This document shows, piece after piece, positions 29,384 to 39,490 of a DNA stretch of 54,704 nt. The stretch's first letter is position 1, and each line of letters begins with the position of its first letter. Made by a program: the position numbers and the translations under genes. Below the pieces are notes generated by a model. That model was not told the DNA's origin. It saw only the letters and a program-made list of their open reading frames with translations, and did not search any database. This stretch comes from a virus (Duplodnaviria; Caudoviricetes), in IMG/VR virus record IMGVR_UViG_3300047578_000001, positions 1 through 54,704 of that record. One strand, written 5' to 3'.

Positions 29384-29620
29384 GTGGAGTACTGGAGTTA
29401 CGTCTTGGCTATCTCCGGAGCACTCAACTACTTCCTGGTAATCAGGGGTAGGGTGTCCGGACTATGGTTGGGTCTTGCCAACCAGGTTGGATGGATTGCG
29501 TATGCCTTGACGACACACCAGTATGGTTTCTTCGTGACCGTGGCCTTGTTTGGTCCTATCAACATCTATGGGCTCAAGAAGCACTTCGAAAAGAAGGAGG
29601 ACAATGGGCAAGACCAATGA
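29384..29620 (+). CDS. Small membrane protein (PnuC-like)
   Basis: Three hydrophobic helices; QVGWIAYA..T.QYGF..NIYG. Confidence 0.55.
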   Translation: MEYWSYVLAISGALNYFLVIRGRVSGLWLGLANQVGWIAYALTTHQYGFFVTVALFGPINIYGLKKHFEKKEDNGQDQ

Positions 29621-29753
29621 CATGGGTAACTTCTACACCCACGGGCAAGAGAAGTGCCCCCATTGTAGCCAGTGCTTCCCCGAGAGGTGGATTTACAACC
29701 ACACGACAATCTGTGCAAGCAACCCAGAAAACCAGGAGGAGACAGATGACTGA
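29604..29753 (+). CDS. C2HC zinc-finger microprotein
   Basis: CPHC...NHTTICASNP; AAGGAGG RBS. Confidence 0.7.
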   Translation: MGKTNDMGNFYTHGQEKCPHCSQCFPERWIYNHTTICASNPENQEETDD

Positions 29754-29880
29754 CATGGCTAGGTGTCAATACTGTAGTGGGCAGGTTCCGGATGCGATGA
29801 TCTCACACCACGAGGAGCACTGTTCCAGTAATCCGAACCGCGAGGAGTTCGGGTCCCGGTACGACGAGGAAACCTCATGA
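29746..29880 (+). CDS. C2HC zinc-finger microprotein
   Basis: CQYC...HHEEHCSSNP; AGGAGG RBS. Confidence 0.7.
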   Translation: MTDMARCQYCSGQVPDAMISHHEEHCSSNPNREEFGSRYDEETS

Positions 29881-30377
29881 GGTTCTTCTACGACACCGAG
29901 TTCTATGAGAACGGATGGGAAAACCCCATCGACTTGATTTCCATCGGCATTGTTGCCGAGGATGGTCGTGAGCTGTACCTGGAGAACGCGGACTTCGATC
30001 CTGCCAACGTGCCTGCGGGTCACTTCTTGGTCGACAATGTGTTCCCCTGGCTGTACGACACTCCGGATGCTTTGCTACACCGACACCAGATACGAGACGA
30101 GGTCTACAAGTTCCTGGTGCTGGATTCCCCCGAGGAAGACCATGAACTATGGGGATACTACGCCGACTACGATCATGTGATCCTGGCCCAGTTGTTCGGG
30201 ACTATGGTCGACATGCCGGACGAGCTTCCCTGGTACACCCTGGACCTGAAGCAGGAGATCCATCGCTTGGGTATCGATCAGCTACCAGCCCAGTTGGGTG
30301 TACAGCATCACGCACTGGCCGATGCCAGGTGGAACAAGGTGGTCATGAACCACCTTCAACTACAGTGGAAGGACTGA
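29877..30377 (+). CDS. DEDDh 3'-5' exoribonuclease (Rv2179c/RNase AS-like)
   Basis: MRFFYDTEF; LISIGIV; YDHV; HHALADARW. Confidence 0.88.
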   Translation: MRFFYDTEFYENGWENPIDLISIGIVAEDGRELYLENADFDPANVPAGHFLVDNVFPWLYDTPDALLHRHQIRDEVYKFLVLDSPEEDHELWGYYADYDHVILAQLFGTMVDMPDELPWYTLDLKQEIHRLGIDQLPAQLGVQHHALADARWNKVVMNHLQLQWKD

Positions 30378-30382
30378 CAACC

Positions 30383-30640
30383 ATGAACAAGGCTCTCAGA
30401 TCGATTCTAAGCGTCTCAGTGGCCCTAGCCCTAGTTGGGTGTGGGTCAGCCCCTTACAGGGCTGCACAGGCCGTCTCAGGCCCAGCAAACAACCCCGACA
30501 GGGTTCTGGACATGTTCAGGACGCCCGACAACAGCTCGGATGTCATCCTGTTCTGTCGGAACGGGGACTACTACGTCTACATGAATGGTTACAAGGAGGG
30601 GAACATTTCACAGTTCCCCCACGACGAAAGGTGCAAGTAA
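30383..30640 (+). CDS. Putative lipoprotein
   Basis: MNKALRSILSVSVALALVGC lipobox. Confidence 0.65.
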   Translation: MNKALRSILSVSVALALVGCGSAPYRAAQAVSGPANNPDRVLDMFRTPDNSSDVILFCRNGDYYVYMNGYKEGNISQFPHDERCK

Positions 30641-30952
30641 ATGCCCCCGGTTACCTGGCTCTGGACGGTTCACACCGCCTACCCACAGAAGCCACTGGCA
30701 ATCTTCGACCAGAAGGCCAAGCTTGTGGTCTGGTTGAAGTCACTGCCTGAGCTGTCCGAGTTCCACTTCTTCAAGGCTCCGATCGCAGATCCATTCCGGG
30801 TGTCTGTGGTTGAGCTGTACGAACTCCTCCCGGATTACGTCCCGCCGGGCGAGGAGCCACCCAATCCCTGATAACATCTACGTGTGTGACCACTGCGGTG
30901 GTCGAAACGCAAGTTCATGCGATGACGACTGCACAGGAAGAGGTTGGGGAAA

Positions 30953-31418
30953 ATGAGTGAACCAGTTGACAACGATCCGCCCCCGGAGGACTTGGTCGAG
31001 AAGGTCCAGAAGCGGTTGCACGAGGAGTTGGACAAGGAAGACGATGACTGATCCCAACGGCAATAAACTGACCCAAGAGGAAATGGAACAGATTCGCGAC
31101 ATCTTGGGTCGTGAAGCAGATGATTACATCCGTCCCTGGGAAGATGACTAACCCGGACGACGAAGACCTTCGGGTCTTCATTGCACAGTTGAATGAAATA
31201 GAACCCAAGTGGCCTGAGGAGGAGGAGGTTGATAATGGGTAAGCACAGTGCCGATGGTGATGGCCTGTCCGACGATGAGCTTGACCGGCTCTGGCAGGAA
31301 ATGGAAGACGAGTCCGACGAAGATCCCGAGGAATCTGATGGCTGATCCAGAAGGTGAAGACGACCTGGACCTTGAGGATTACATCGACATCCTCACCGGC
31401 GACTTCGACCTAGAGTAA
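30953..31418 (+). CDS. Five tandem acidic micro-ORFs (30953-31051, 31044-31151, 31144-31242, 31235-31345, 31338-31418)
   Basis: 26-36 aa each; D/E-rich; all four junctions are 8-nt overlaps. Confidence 0.6.
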
Positions 31419-31424
31419 AACAAC

Positions 31425-31461
31425 AAAAGCCCCCACCCGGATTCCGGGTGGGGGCTTTTTT
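31425..31461. terminator. Bidirectional intrinsic terminator between converging arms
   Basis: AAAAGCCCCCACCCGG-ATT-CCGGGTGGGGGCTTTTTT. Confidence 0.9.
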
Positions 31462-31472
31462 GCGTTTCTGTG

Positions 31473-31691
31473 TTATTTCACGATACTAGGGCTGTGGGGA
31501 GCACCCACATTCTTCAGGGCCAAGCCCTTCAGAACAACCAGGACTGCGCCACCAAGGCCTACGCCGAGCGCAGCCTTAAAATCCAGGTGCAGGACATCCA
31601 GAACATCCAAACCGGTGACACTCAGGACACCTGCGGCGAAGCCCTGTACCGTCTCTTCGGCAAGGGCCTTCCAGTACTGTGCGGTCCACAT
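31473..31691 (-). CDS. Holin (r1t-like)
   Basis: MWTAQYWKALAEETVQGFA; two hydrophobic segments; GAGG RBS. Confidence 0.75.
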   Translation of the reverse strand: MWTAQYWKALAEETVQGFAAGVLSVTGLDVLDVLHLDFKAALGVGLGGAVLVVLKGLALKNVGAPHSPSIVK

Positions 31692-31702
31692 AATTCCTCT
31701 TT

Positions 31703-31993
31703 CTACTTGTTTACGATCATAAATACAACCACGGCCACAAGAACAGGAAACACAAGGGAGGTCAAAATTGCCCATACTGCTTGCCTGGACGAAGTTTGAC
31801 GTAGTTGAGTCTCATATTCAAACTTACCTTCGAGGGTGGTCAAGTCCTTGCGTAGCTCCATGATCTCATGACCCTGGGTTGCCGATTCAACGTCGTGTCT
31901 GTTGATGTATTCGGACAACTTGTCCCCGAGAGACCTTATCTCGGTATACAGCTCTGTCATTCCAATGGAATGCACCGTGTAATCCTCCGTCAT
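31703..31993 (-). CDS. Coiled-coil membrane protein (lysis-associated?)
   Basis: Coiled coil plus C-terminal TM helix; adjacent to holin. Confidence 0.65.
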   Translation of the reverse strand: MTEDYTVHSIGMTELYTEIRSLGDKLSEYINRHDVESATQGHEIMELRKDLTTLEGKFEYETQLRQTSSRQAVWAILTSLVFPVLVAVVVFMIVNK

Positions 31994-32532
31994 TATAGCG
32001 GTCCCATGTATTCGATGGAGATCCAGGGAGCCCTCCCCGTCCCTGACTCACGTACGAGGTTAAGACCGATAGAAGACCACATCCACACAGAATACACATC
32101 GGCTGCTGCGATACGGAAGGTAGCCGACGTCCCGAGGGACACACCGCCGGTTGCGGCGTTCTTACCCCTGTCTTGGGTCGCATCGGATGTGGGTGCGAAC
32201 CACAGATACAGACCGGCGTTCGCATCCGTTCGGATACTGGAAGAGAACGTGTAGACACCCGCAGTCGCGAATGTGAATGACCTCGTGGTGCTACCCGTGT
32301 AGGTAATCCCCGACCCAGCATTGAGAGATGTATCGAAAGGGACCTTGGTGTTGGTAGTAGCAGAAATAGCCTGGGAAGCGTTATGCCTGCGTTCGATGTT
32401 GGACGGGGTACCCGGAGTCACCGCCGTGACTCGGGTGTCCAAGTCCAGGATATTGTCGATAAGGATGTTGTAGTCCGCAGAGCTGGCAACGTTACCAGCC
32501 ACCGCATCATTCATCGGCAGAGTAAGTGCCAT
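31993..32532 (-). CDS. Minor tail protein
   Basis: Position at end of tail operon; beta-rich C-terminus. Confidence 0.7.
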   Translation of the reverse strand: MALTLPMNDAVAGNVASSADYNILIDNILDLDTRVTAVTPGTPSNIERRHNASQAISATTNTKVPFDTSLNAGSGITYTGSTTRSFTFATAGVYTFSSSIRTDANAGLYLWFAPTSDATQDRGKNAATGGVSLGTSATFRIAAADVYSVWMWSSIGLNLVRESGTGRAPWISIEYMGPL

Positions 32533-32533
32533 G

Positions 32534-34957
32534 TTAACCCCAAACGAAGGTAGAGCCCCAGATGCCGTACTGGTTGGAGTCCCAGATACCTGCTGGTGCT
32601 GCGATCAATTCAACTGAGAGTGTGTCGGTCAGTCCCGAGTCCACAGAATACTGCCTGCGGATACCCTGAATCTGAACGTCGAATCGTTCTCCGAAACCAT
32701 CCCTGTCATGAATCCTCAGGGTGTCGCCAAACTGAAGGCGGGGGTCGCCTGCGATGGTGATGGCCTGGGTTGTCGGAACTGGAAGCTCGGTCCCTGGCAT
32801 GAGGTAGGAAACCATGCCCCCGTAGTTCACCATCTCCTGGTAGAAGTCTCCGGACAGCCGCAGGTTCTTACCACCATAGGTGTCGATAGAGTCCTGCGCC
32901 TTGAACAGGGTGAGCTGGGAGTCGAAGGTCTCGATCCGGGTTCCACCCACACGGAATGCTGCGCCCCCAGTATCCTTTGCAAGACGTGCTGGTTCGGCAT
33001 ACCCATTATAGAAGTTCACCACGACCTGGCCCAGGTTGTCGAAGTACACATAGATGTCGACCCCTGAGGTCTTACCATCATCCTCAGCCCAGTTAGCCCC
33101 GTCGTACCACTGTACGACATACCCATGATCCAGGATGTCATCCCATTCGGGGATTGGTCCTCCCACGGTTGAACTGTACCTGGTGATCTTACCTGGGTTA
33201 GGACTCAGAACCTCGTCCGACCAGATCCGGAACAGTTTACGTTCCGCACCTTCAACGTAGAACTCCCATTCCGAGTTGGATTCGTACGACGCAGCCTGGA
33301 AGGCTCGTCGTTTCCCGGACTGGACTGTCCAGATATTTCGCACCGAGTCCAACGAGTTGGTGATTTCCAAACCGGTCACATCATCCAGTGTCAGTTCCCT
33401 GACGATGGTGCTACGTAGATTCCGCATACGTTCTGCATTCCAGAACCTGAAAATACCTGACTCATCCCAGAAGATGGACCCAAACTCGGCCGAAGCCACG
33501 TTGGCCGCGACCTCCCAGGCGTCGTCTCCCTGGTGAACCGGCATATAAGACAGCCCGTTCCGCCCGTTGTCCAACACCGCCGTGTACGAAGGCGTCCTGC
33601 CACCCCACTGGAGAGCAGAAGCCACGGACAAAGACCCGAAGTTGGTTGCGGTGTAGTAAATATCGCTGAGTGAACAGCGGTGATCCACGGTGAACAAGCC
33701 CTTAAGCTCATCGACAGCAGCCACCCATGTCTTGGCAGACCCAAGATCCTGGTAGTTACCCGAGTTGTTGGTATTGACACCAGCCGCCACATAAACCTGG
33801 GGTCCTGCGGCATTGAAGTAGTCCCACACCACGTTGATACGCTGGTAATCCCCTGTCGTGGGGATATTAACCTTGGACGAAATGGCCGTCGTAACCAGAG
33901 TCTCGTCTTCGAACTCGGTCCAGACCTGTCCGTTCTGGATCATCACGGAGATGACATAAAATTCTCCCAGACGAACATGGATAACTTCGTGCTCGGCTGC
34001 GGTCAGGTAAAAGGTGTTGCGAGGCCCCCGTAGGTTCAGTGTGAACCCAAGAACCTGCATACCCAGAGAAGACATCCGGTCACGATCGGTGCACCAGTAC
34101 TTCAGGATGGAATCACCGGTTGTTCCGAGTGCTGCCAACGCCATTGGTGGCGTTGTGGGCTCCGGGGAGTTGGGATTGGTAGGACCCAGGAGGTTGTACA
34201 TGACCTCGCCCGTGTCTTCGGTGAAGGGGTAGGTCTGTACGTTCCAGTTGTCCAGCCACCCAATAGATGGCAGCCACGAACCCGTTCCGTTGATCCAAAT
34301 CTGGGGTCCGGTGACGTCGTCATCGTCCAAACCATTCTCTTCACGGGAAGTGGGACGGTAGGGGGTTGGGCTGACCTTACATTCACGAAGGCAGTGGTCC
34401 ATAACCCATTGCGGATCTGCCAATTGGGCTTCGATGATGCCACGCGAAGCGTGGTAGTCGTAGATAGCCCACACAGGGAACGTAATAGGCCTGCGCATGA
34501 GTTCTGCACGGTCGATAGCACTCAGGGAAACCAGTCCTGAGCCCCTATTCGGGGTGATACTCCGGACATTGCCGATAAACTGGGGGTACCACACCATTCC
34601 GATGGATGTTTGCACGCCGATGTCGTACTTAATCTCGACACCAATGGTTTCCTGGTGGAAAAAGGGAGACCTAGGCTGATACGGGCTGAAAATACCCGAG
34701 AACGGAATCCCCGTGTATTCCCCAGACAGAATTACATCCATTTGAGCAGCACCAGCACCCTCGATGAGGGTTACTTCCTGTGGAGCAGACCCCTTCAGGG
34801 ACCTGTCGGTGCTGACATCACGTGCGTAACGGGACAGGTCGCTCAACGCGTGGGTGAACAACCCATCCCGGTTCCAGTCGGCCAGGAGACGAATACGGAA
34901 CTCGCGGTCTGATGCCTTGATGGCTGTGGTAGCCTCGGCACCTCCTTGGTTCTGCAT
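32534..34957 (-). CDS. Minor tail protein (large)
   Basis: GGAGG RBS before MQNQGG; downstream of tape measure. Confidence 0.8.
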   Translation of the reverse strand: MQNQGGAEATTAIKASDREFRIRLLADWNRDGLFTHALSDLSRYARDVSTDRSLKGSAPQEVTLIEGAGAAQMDVILSGEYTGIPFSGIFSPYQPRSPFFHQETIGVEIKYDIGVQTSIGMVWYPQFIGNVRSITPNRGSGLVSLSAIDRAELMRRPITFPVWAIYDYHASRGIIEAQLADPQWVMDHCLRECKVSPTPYRPTSREENGLDDDDVTGPQIWINGTGSWLPSIGWLDNWNVQTYPFTEDTGEVMYNLLGPTNPNSPEPTTPPMALAALGTTGDSILKYWCTDRDRMSSLGMQVLGFTLNLRGPRNTFYLTAAEHEVIHVRLGEFYVISVMIQNGQVWTEFEDETLVTTAISSKVNIPTTGDYQRINVVWDYFNAAGPQVYVAAGVNTNNSGNYQDLGSAKTWVAAVDELKGLFTVDHRCSLSDIYYTATNFGSLSVASALQWGGRTPSYTAVLDNGRNGLSYMPVHQGDDAWEVAANVASAEFGSIFWDESGIFRFWNAERMRNLRSTIVRELTLDDVTGLEITNSLDSVRNIWTVQSGKRRAFQAASYESNSEWEFYVEGAERKLFRIWSDEVLSPNPGKITRYSSTVGGPIPEWDDILDHGYVVQWYDGANWAEDDGKTSGVDIYVYFDNLGQVVVNFYNGYAEPARLAKDTGGAAFRVGGTRIETFDSQLTLFKAQDSIDTYGGKNLRLSGDFYQEMVNYGGMVSYLMPGTELPVPTTQAITIAGDPRLQFGDTLRIHDRDGFGERFDVQIQGIRRQYSVDSGLTDTLSVELIAAPAGIWDSNQYGIWGSTFVWG

Positions 34958-34959
34958 TT

Positions 34960-35790
34960 TTACGCCTCCAATAGTGTGATTGTGCAATCCATGAGTGGAT
35001 ACCTCGGTGAGGTTGACGGCAATTGGTCGATCAGGACTGCCGGTGCCCCGCCACCCAGGTCCCACGACGTCACAGACGCCCCTGATTCGACCTGTGCGGC
35101 TGACAGGTTCATAGACGTAGTAGCCACTGCCGACAAGACCATACGGGCCGCACAGGCGTTGCTGGGGGCCGTCCTGGTGATGGTGTACCTAGCCCACGAC
35201 GTGGTGACCGCCGTAGCCTCCGTGGTGGACGATGACAGGAGTACATTGTCCTTGTCGTAATAGTCGAACTTCAGCAACGCGGAGATGGCCGAGTCGCCCT
35301 TGATGTACACAGACCCCGTGATCTGTTCAAGTGGGAAGATGGGGTTGTGCATATCAGGGTCCCACGCAGCAATACTCGATGCTGTGCGTCCGGTCCACCT
35401 CAGGCAACGAGTGCCATAGCCTGCTGCTGAAGGGAAGTCGGACACCCATTCCCAGTCCCCGGCAGAAAACCGGAGACCAGGACGGGAAGAACTGACCGCA
35501 TTGCACGAAGCACCATATTCTGACAGGCGATTCTTGCGGAGCGGGTTGATAAGGCGGTGCGGGCCAGGGATGTGCCGGGAAGCCAACGCCTGGAGCCAGC
35601 GGTAGTCCGCCTCGGTGAGGAGGCGGAACGACAGCGCTAGATCCTGCTTGACTCCGGTGGTATCCATAGTCCTGGCACCACTCAGAGCCTGATGGACTCC
35701 ACCATAACGAACATCCGTGATGGTCATGCTGACCTCCGGAGTGTCCAGTTCACGGAGGTTGCCCAATGGGCCTAGGTACCAGGAAACCAT
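34960..35790 (-). CDS. Minor tail protein with carbohydrate-binding-like domain
   Basis: Directly after tape measure; W.RYTIT.TAP..A motif. Confidence 0.75.
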   Translation of the reverse strand: MVSWYLGPLGNLRELDTPEVSMTITDVRYGGVHQALSGARTMDTTGVKQDLALSFRLLTEADYRWLQALASRHIPGPHRLINPLRKNRLSEYGASCNAVSSSRPGLRFSAGDWEWVSDFPSAAGYGTRCLRWTGRTASSIAAWDPDMHNPIFPLEQITGSVYIKGDSAISALLKFDYYDKDNVLLSSSTTEATAVTTSWARYTITRTAPSNACAARMVLSAVATTSMNLSAAQVESGASVTSWDLGGGAPAVLIDQLPSTSPRYPLMDCTITLLEA

Positions 35791-38072
35791 TATCGCCTCT
35801 TGTTCAGATTATTGGTCTTGTTGACCATTCGGGTCAAGCCATTTGCGTCCATTTCGACAGACCAGCCGCTGAGCGCAGCAGCAACCTTGTCGCTGATGCT
35901 ACCAAATCCGTCAGACTGTACTGCTGCTTCGATATCCATAGCAGCCTGAGTCTGCCCAGCCACATCCTCGATTGCCGATATTGCATCAGGAGCTGCTGAA
36001 CGAATACCTTCGGCAAACCCCTCGACCAGAGCCGCACCGGAGAAGGTTGTCCACCCGCGCCCCGAGAACGGACCCTGCTTGGCAGGGGAGAAGGGCAGGA
36101 AGCTCCGGATGTTATCGACAACACCCTTGATTGCGTTACCAGCAGCACCGATCATGGACTTGATACCATCAATCAAACCTTGGACGATCTTTCGACCGGC
36201 ATCGGCCAGCATCTTTCCGGTATCACCCAACGAACCGATGATTTCCAGTGGAAGACCGAGGAAGAAATCGATGACCAGGTCAAGTCCGGCTTCGATGACA
36301 CTACCCAGGATATCCACAGCACCCTTGGCCATCTCCTGGATACCATCCCAGAATTGACCCCAGTCGCCTGTGATCAGACCAATGAATGCGTCGATGACAC
36401 CAGTGATGTATTCGATGACACCCTTGATGATATCCTTGACAGGACCCATCACATCCTTCACGATCTGCAAGAAACCGTTGAAGGCTGGTACCAGGTTATC
36501 AATGATCCACCCCACCAGGTCTGCAATTGCAGGCACGATATTGATAAAGGCGTCGATCATATCCAGGATAAACGGAGTCAGGTCCTTGATTGCCTGGATA
36601 ATCAGAGGCAATACCTCTTCTGCAAACCGCATGAGGTGGGGCATCAGATCCTTCATCACATCAATGATGGCCTGAAGAATTTCCGAACCCAACTCGATCA
36701 GCGAGGGAAGCAGCGGTGTGATTGCGGTCAGCAAATCCGTGACAAACTTGACGATCTGATCGAACAACGGCATCAAGTCGGTGAAGGCCTGCATCAGCTT
36801 TTCGCTGATGATCAGAGCCAGTTCCTTGAATGCGTTCAACAATGGTTCGATGAACGGCTCAAGGGCGGTCAATGCCTTCAGGAGTGTATCCCCTAGGATC
36901 TTGGCGATTGTTTCGAGAAGCGGACTCAGTCCGTCCAGGGCTCCACCCACAAGCTCACCGAAGATGTCGGCCAGCTTCAGGAATGCTGGGGTCAACTTGT
37001 CGAAGATGGGAACCAGGGCTTCGAATGCCTTGCCCAAGACGTTGAACAGAATCTCTGACAATTTGGTCAGAGCTGGCATCAGCGACACCAAGGCGTCACC
37101 AAAGCCCTTGAATAGATCCGCGATCGGACCACCCAAGACTCCCATTGCGTCAAGACCCGCACCAAACAACTTGGTGAACACGTCAAGCAAAGCACCTGTT
37201 ACCTTGGCCAGGCCATCGAGGGCATCAAACAGGGTGCCAGACTTGACAGCCTCCTGGATCATGTCGTCGAAACCCTTGGTGAAGGTGTTGAACACATCGG
37301 CCAGCTTGCCGAACGACTCGGCACCAGCACTTGCCAGAGTCAGCAAGGTGCGGGTGAGCGATTCGATACCCGGCGTAATCTGCTGGAAGAACTGTCCTGT
37401 GTTATTCAGGAAGTTCTCGATCTGGGCCATGCCCTCCGAAGAAGTAACCACATTGGTGAATCCTTGTGCTACCGACACAAGACCTTCGGCAACCACGTTC
37501 AGTCCACGTTCAAGGACTGGAAACACAGAATTCAATTGCTCGAATACCGGGGTCAATCCCTGTTCAAATGTTGCAGACAACGAGTTCTTCAGACTCTCGA
37601 TAGAAGGTCCGAATACTTCTGCTGCCTTGGTGATACCATCCATGCCCAAGGCTACAGCCGCAAACGCACCGCCTGCCAGGAACAGCAACGACGGGAGTCC
37701 GGCCAGCAGGGTTGCAATCAGAGCCAGTGCGGGTGCCAGCAAAACCAAAACAGCAACGCCGATGAGGGCGAACCTGCTCATGCTACTGAATCCCTCACCT
37801 GCGGAAGTCGCAGCACCGCCGATATCCTTCAAACCCTTGACGTCGTCCTTGTTGACCCTGACACGAACAGTCTTGTCAAGAGAATCAATCTTCTTCTTGA
37901 GTGCTTCAAGCTCGGCTCGTGCGGCGGCAGTATCGGCTTCGACGTCGATACTGACCTTCATGTCCTTCAGAGTCTTCTTGAGCTGTGCTTCTAGTTCTTG
38001 CTTGAACTTGGAGGTATCCGGAACAACCTTGACGGATACGCGACCAATGGTAGAGCCGCCAGGGCTGCTCAT
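35790..38072 (-). CDS. Tape measure protein
   Basis: IGRVSVKVVPDT N-terminus; amphipathic repeats; PFSPAK.GPFSGRGW. Confidence 0.93.
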   Translation of the reverse strand: MSSPGGSTIGRVSVKVVPDTSKFKQELEAQLKKTLKDMKVSIDVEADTAAARAELEALKKKIDSLDKTVRVRVNKDDVKGLKDIGGAATSAGEGFSSMSRFALIGVAVLVLLAPALALIATLLAGLPSLLFLAGGAFAAVALGMDGITKAAEVFGPSIESLKNSLSATFEQGLTPVFEQLNSVFPVLERGLNVVAEGLVSVAQGFTNVVTSSEGMAQIENFLNNTGQFFQQITPGIESLTRTLLTLASAGAESFGKLADVFNTFTKGFDDMIQEAVKSGTLFDALDGLAKVTGALLDVFTKLFGAGLDAMGVLGGPIADLFKGFGDALVSLMPALTKLSEILFNVLGKAFEALVPIFDKLTPAFLKLADIFGELVGGALDGLSPLLETIAKILGDTLLKALTALEPFIEPLLNAFKELALIISEKLMQAFTDLMPLFDQIVKFVTDLLTAITPLLPSLIELGSEILQAIIDVMKDLMPHLMRFAEEVLPLIIQAIKDLTPFILDMIDAFINIVPAIADLVGWIIDNLVPAFNGFLQIVKDVMGPVKDIIKGVIEYITGVIDAFIGLITGDWGQFWDGIQEMAKGAVDILGSVIEAGLDLVIDFFLGLPLEIIGSLGDTGKMLADAGRKIVQGLIDGIKSMIGAAGNAIKGVVDNIRSFLPFSPAKQGPFSGRGWTTFSGAALVEGFAEGIRSAAPDAISAIEDVAGQTQAAMDIEAAVQSDGFGSISDKVAAALSGWSVEMDANGLTRMVNKTNNLNKRR

Positions 38073-38075
38073 ATA

Positions 38076-38809
38076 CTATCCTCCCTTAGCCTTTTTGGCT
38101 GCGTTCAGACGCTGTCGGAACGGATTGGATTCTCCCGTACTCTTCTGTGCACGTGAAGGTCGAACGGTAGGCTTTGGAGCCTTTGGCTTCCTCTTGGAGT
38201 TAGCCGCTGCCACGGTATAGGCCACACGGTTCACGCCGTCGATAAGCTGTGCCAGAAGATACCGGTCCACATCCCAGCCAATAAATTGTTCACCGCCTCG
38301 TAGGGCGGCAACCGTCCTGGACCCAAGGGGGAATTGTTTGATAAGCACAAGTATGGTGGCGGGGTCGTGAGACCCCGTCCGGACGATATCAACCAGGTTC
38401 AGACCATACTCGGCTTGGAGATCCGCAAGGATAGCCTCACCAGCCTGGTCTATTAGGCGGGCGAGGGCGATGCTTCCCCCGCCTGGGTCGCCTCGATCCA
38501 CATCTCGATCAGGGTCTTTACCCGGACAATGTCGTGTTCCAAGAGCGAAACCAGATCGTCACCACGGCCGTCTGCGGTGATGGTCGACAAGATGGATTCC
38601 ATGACATCAAGAATCTCTTCCTCGTCGGGCTCGTCGTCACTGATGGAATCCATATCCTTCAGGAGACTCACCACAACGGCTCGCTCAGATGAGGCAAGCC
38701 TGAGAACCTGACGAAGCTTGTAGGTGTACCCACCAGCAGTGATGGTGAACGGGGCGTACTTGGTTTCGATGGCCTTGTTCAGGTCATCGAGGCTGAAACT
38801 GTTACTCAT
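38076..38809 (-). CDS. Tail assembly chaperones G (38453-38809) and G-T via -1 programmed frameshift
   Basis: Slippery GGGGGAA at 38480-38474; overlapping ORFs between major tail and tape measure. Confidence 0.88.
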
Positions 38810-38844
38810 GGCGAACCCTTCGTAGTTTGTGGGGGACCCAGTGA

Positions 38845-38886
38845 AAAAAGGGGAGCACGGCGGGTCCGCCAGGAACCGTGCTCCCC
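38845..38886 (-). terminator. Terminator after major tail gene
   Basis: Stem GGGAGCACGG/CCGTGCTCCC with T tract on the - strand. Confidence 0.7.
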
Positions 38887-38894
38887 CTTACCGA

Positions 38895-39473
38895 TTAGGA
38901 GTGGTTAACCCCGGTGTCGGTAGACACCCATGCGAGCAGAGGATCAGTAGAGTTCTTCAGGAACGTCGCACGAAGCGGCATGAACGCAAACTCATCGATC
39001 GACAGTTCCATCGCGTCTTCACGTCGAATGGAAACCTTGGAAGCCCACATGGCAATATGGGTCGTACCATCCATGATGACGATAACGATGGCACTCTCGA
39101 TTGGCGTGGTCGGCGCACTCTGCACCTCGAACACGCCTTCGGTAGACCCACCATTGGCCACCGAGTAGTACAGACCCAGAACAGTCTCGTCAAACTGGTG
39201 GCAGTTGAAGGTAACGAAGTCGGAAGCAACCTCGGTCACAACCTCGCGCAGCGAAGCGTTCTGCCAGGTGCCCTTGACCTCAGTGTCACCACCATCAAAG
39301 CCGAAGGTTGGGAGTTCGTCACGGGCAGTATGCCCGATGGAAACCCAGCCCGAAAGTCCCACGGCAGGATCGAACGAATCGATAGCACCTGGGGTTGGTC
39401 GTGCCGTTCCGGTCGCGGCAAGGTAAATATAACCCCTTGCCGGTGTGATTACGGCGACATCATTTTCTGCCAT
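38895..39473 (-). CDS. Major tail protein
   Basis: MAEND.AV.T.A.GYIY; GHT.RD..P.FGFDGG; GTWQ (L5 major-tail-like). Confidence 0.92.
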   Translation of the reverse strand: MAENDVAVITPARGYIYLAATGTARPTPGAIDSFDPAVGLSGWVSIGHTARDELPTFGFDGGDTEVKGTWQNASLREVVTEVASDFVTFNCHQFDETVLGLYYSVANGGSTEGVFEVQSAPTTPIESAIVIVIMDGTTHIAMWASKVSIRREDAMELSIDEFAFMPLRATFLKNSTDPLLAWVSTDTGVNHS

Positions 39474-39490
39474 TCTTGCTTACTCCTCAT

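Noticed and set aside
38076-38809. Tail chaperone frameshift as a novelty
   Set aside because: Standard conserved -1 frameshift at GGGGGAA
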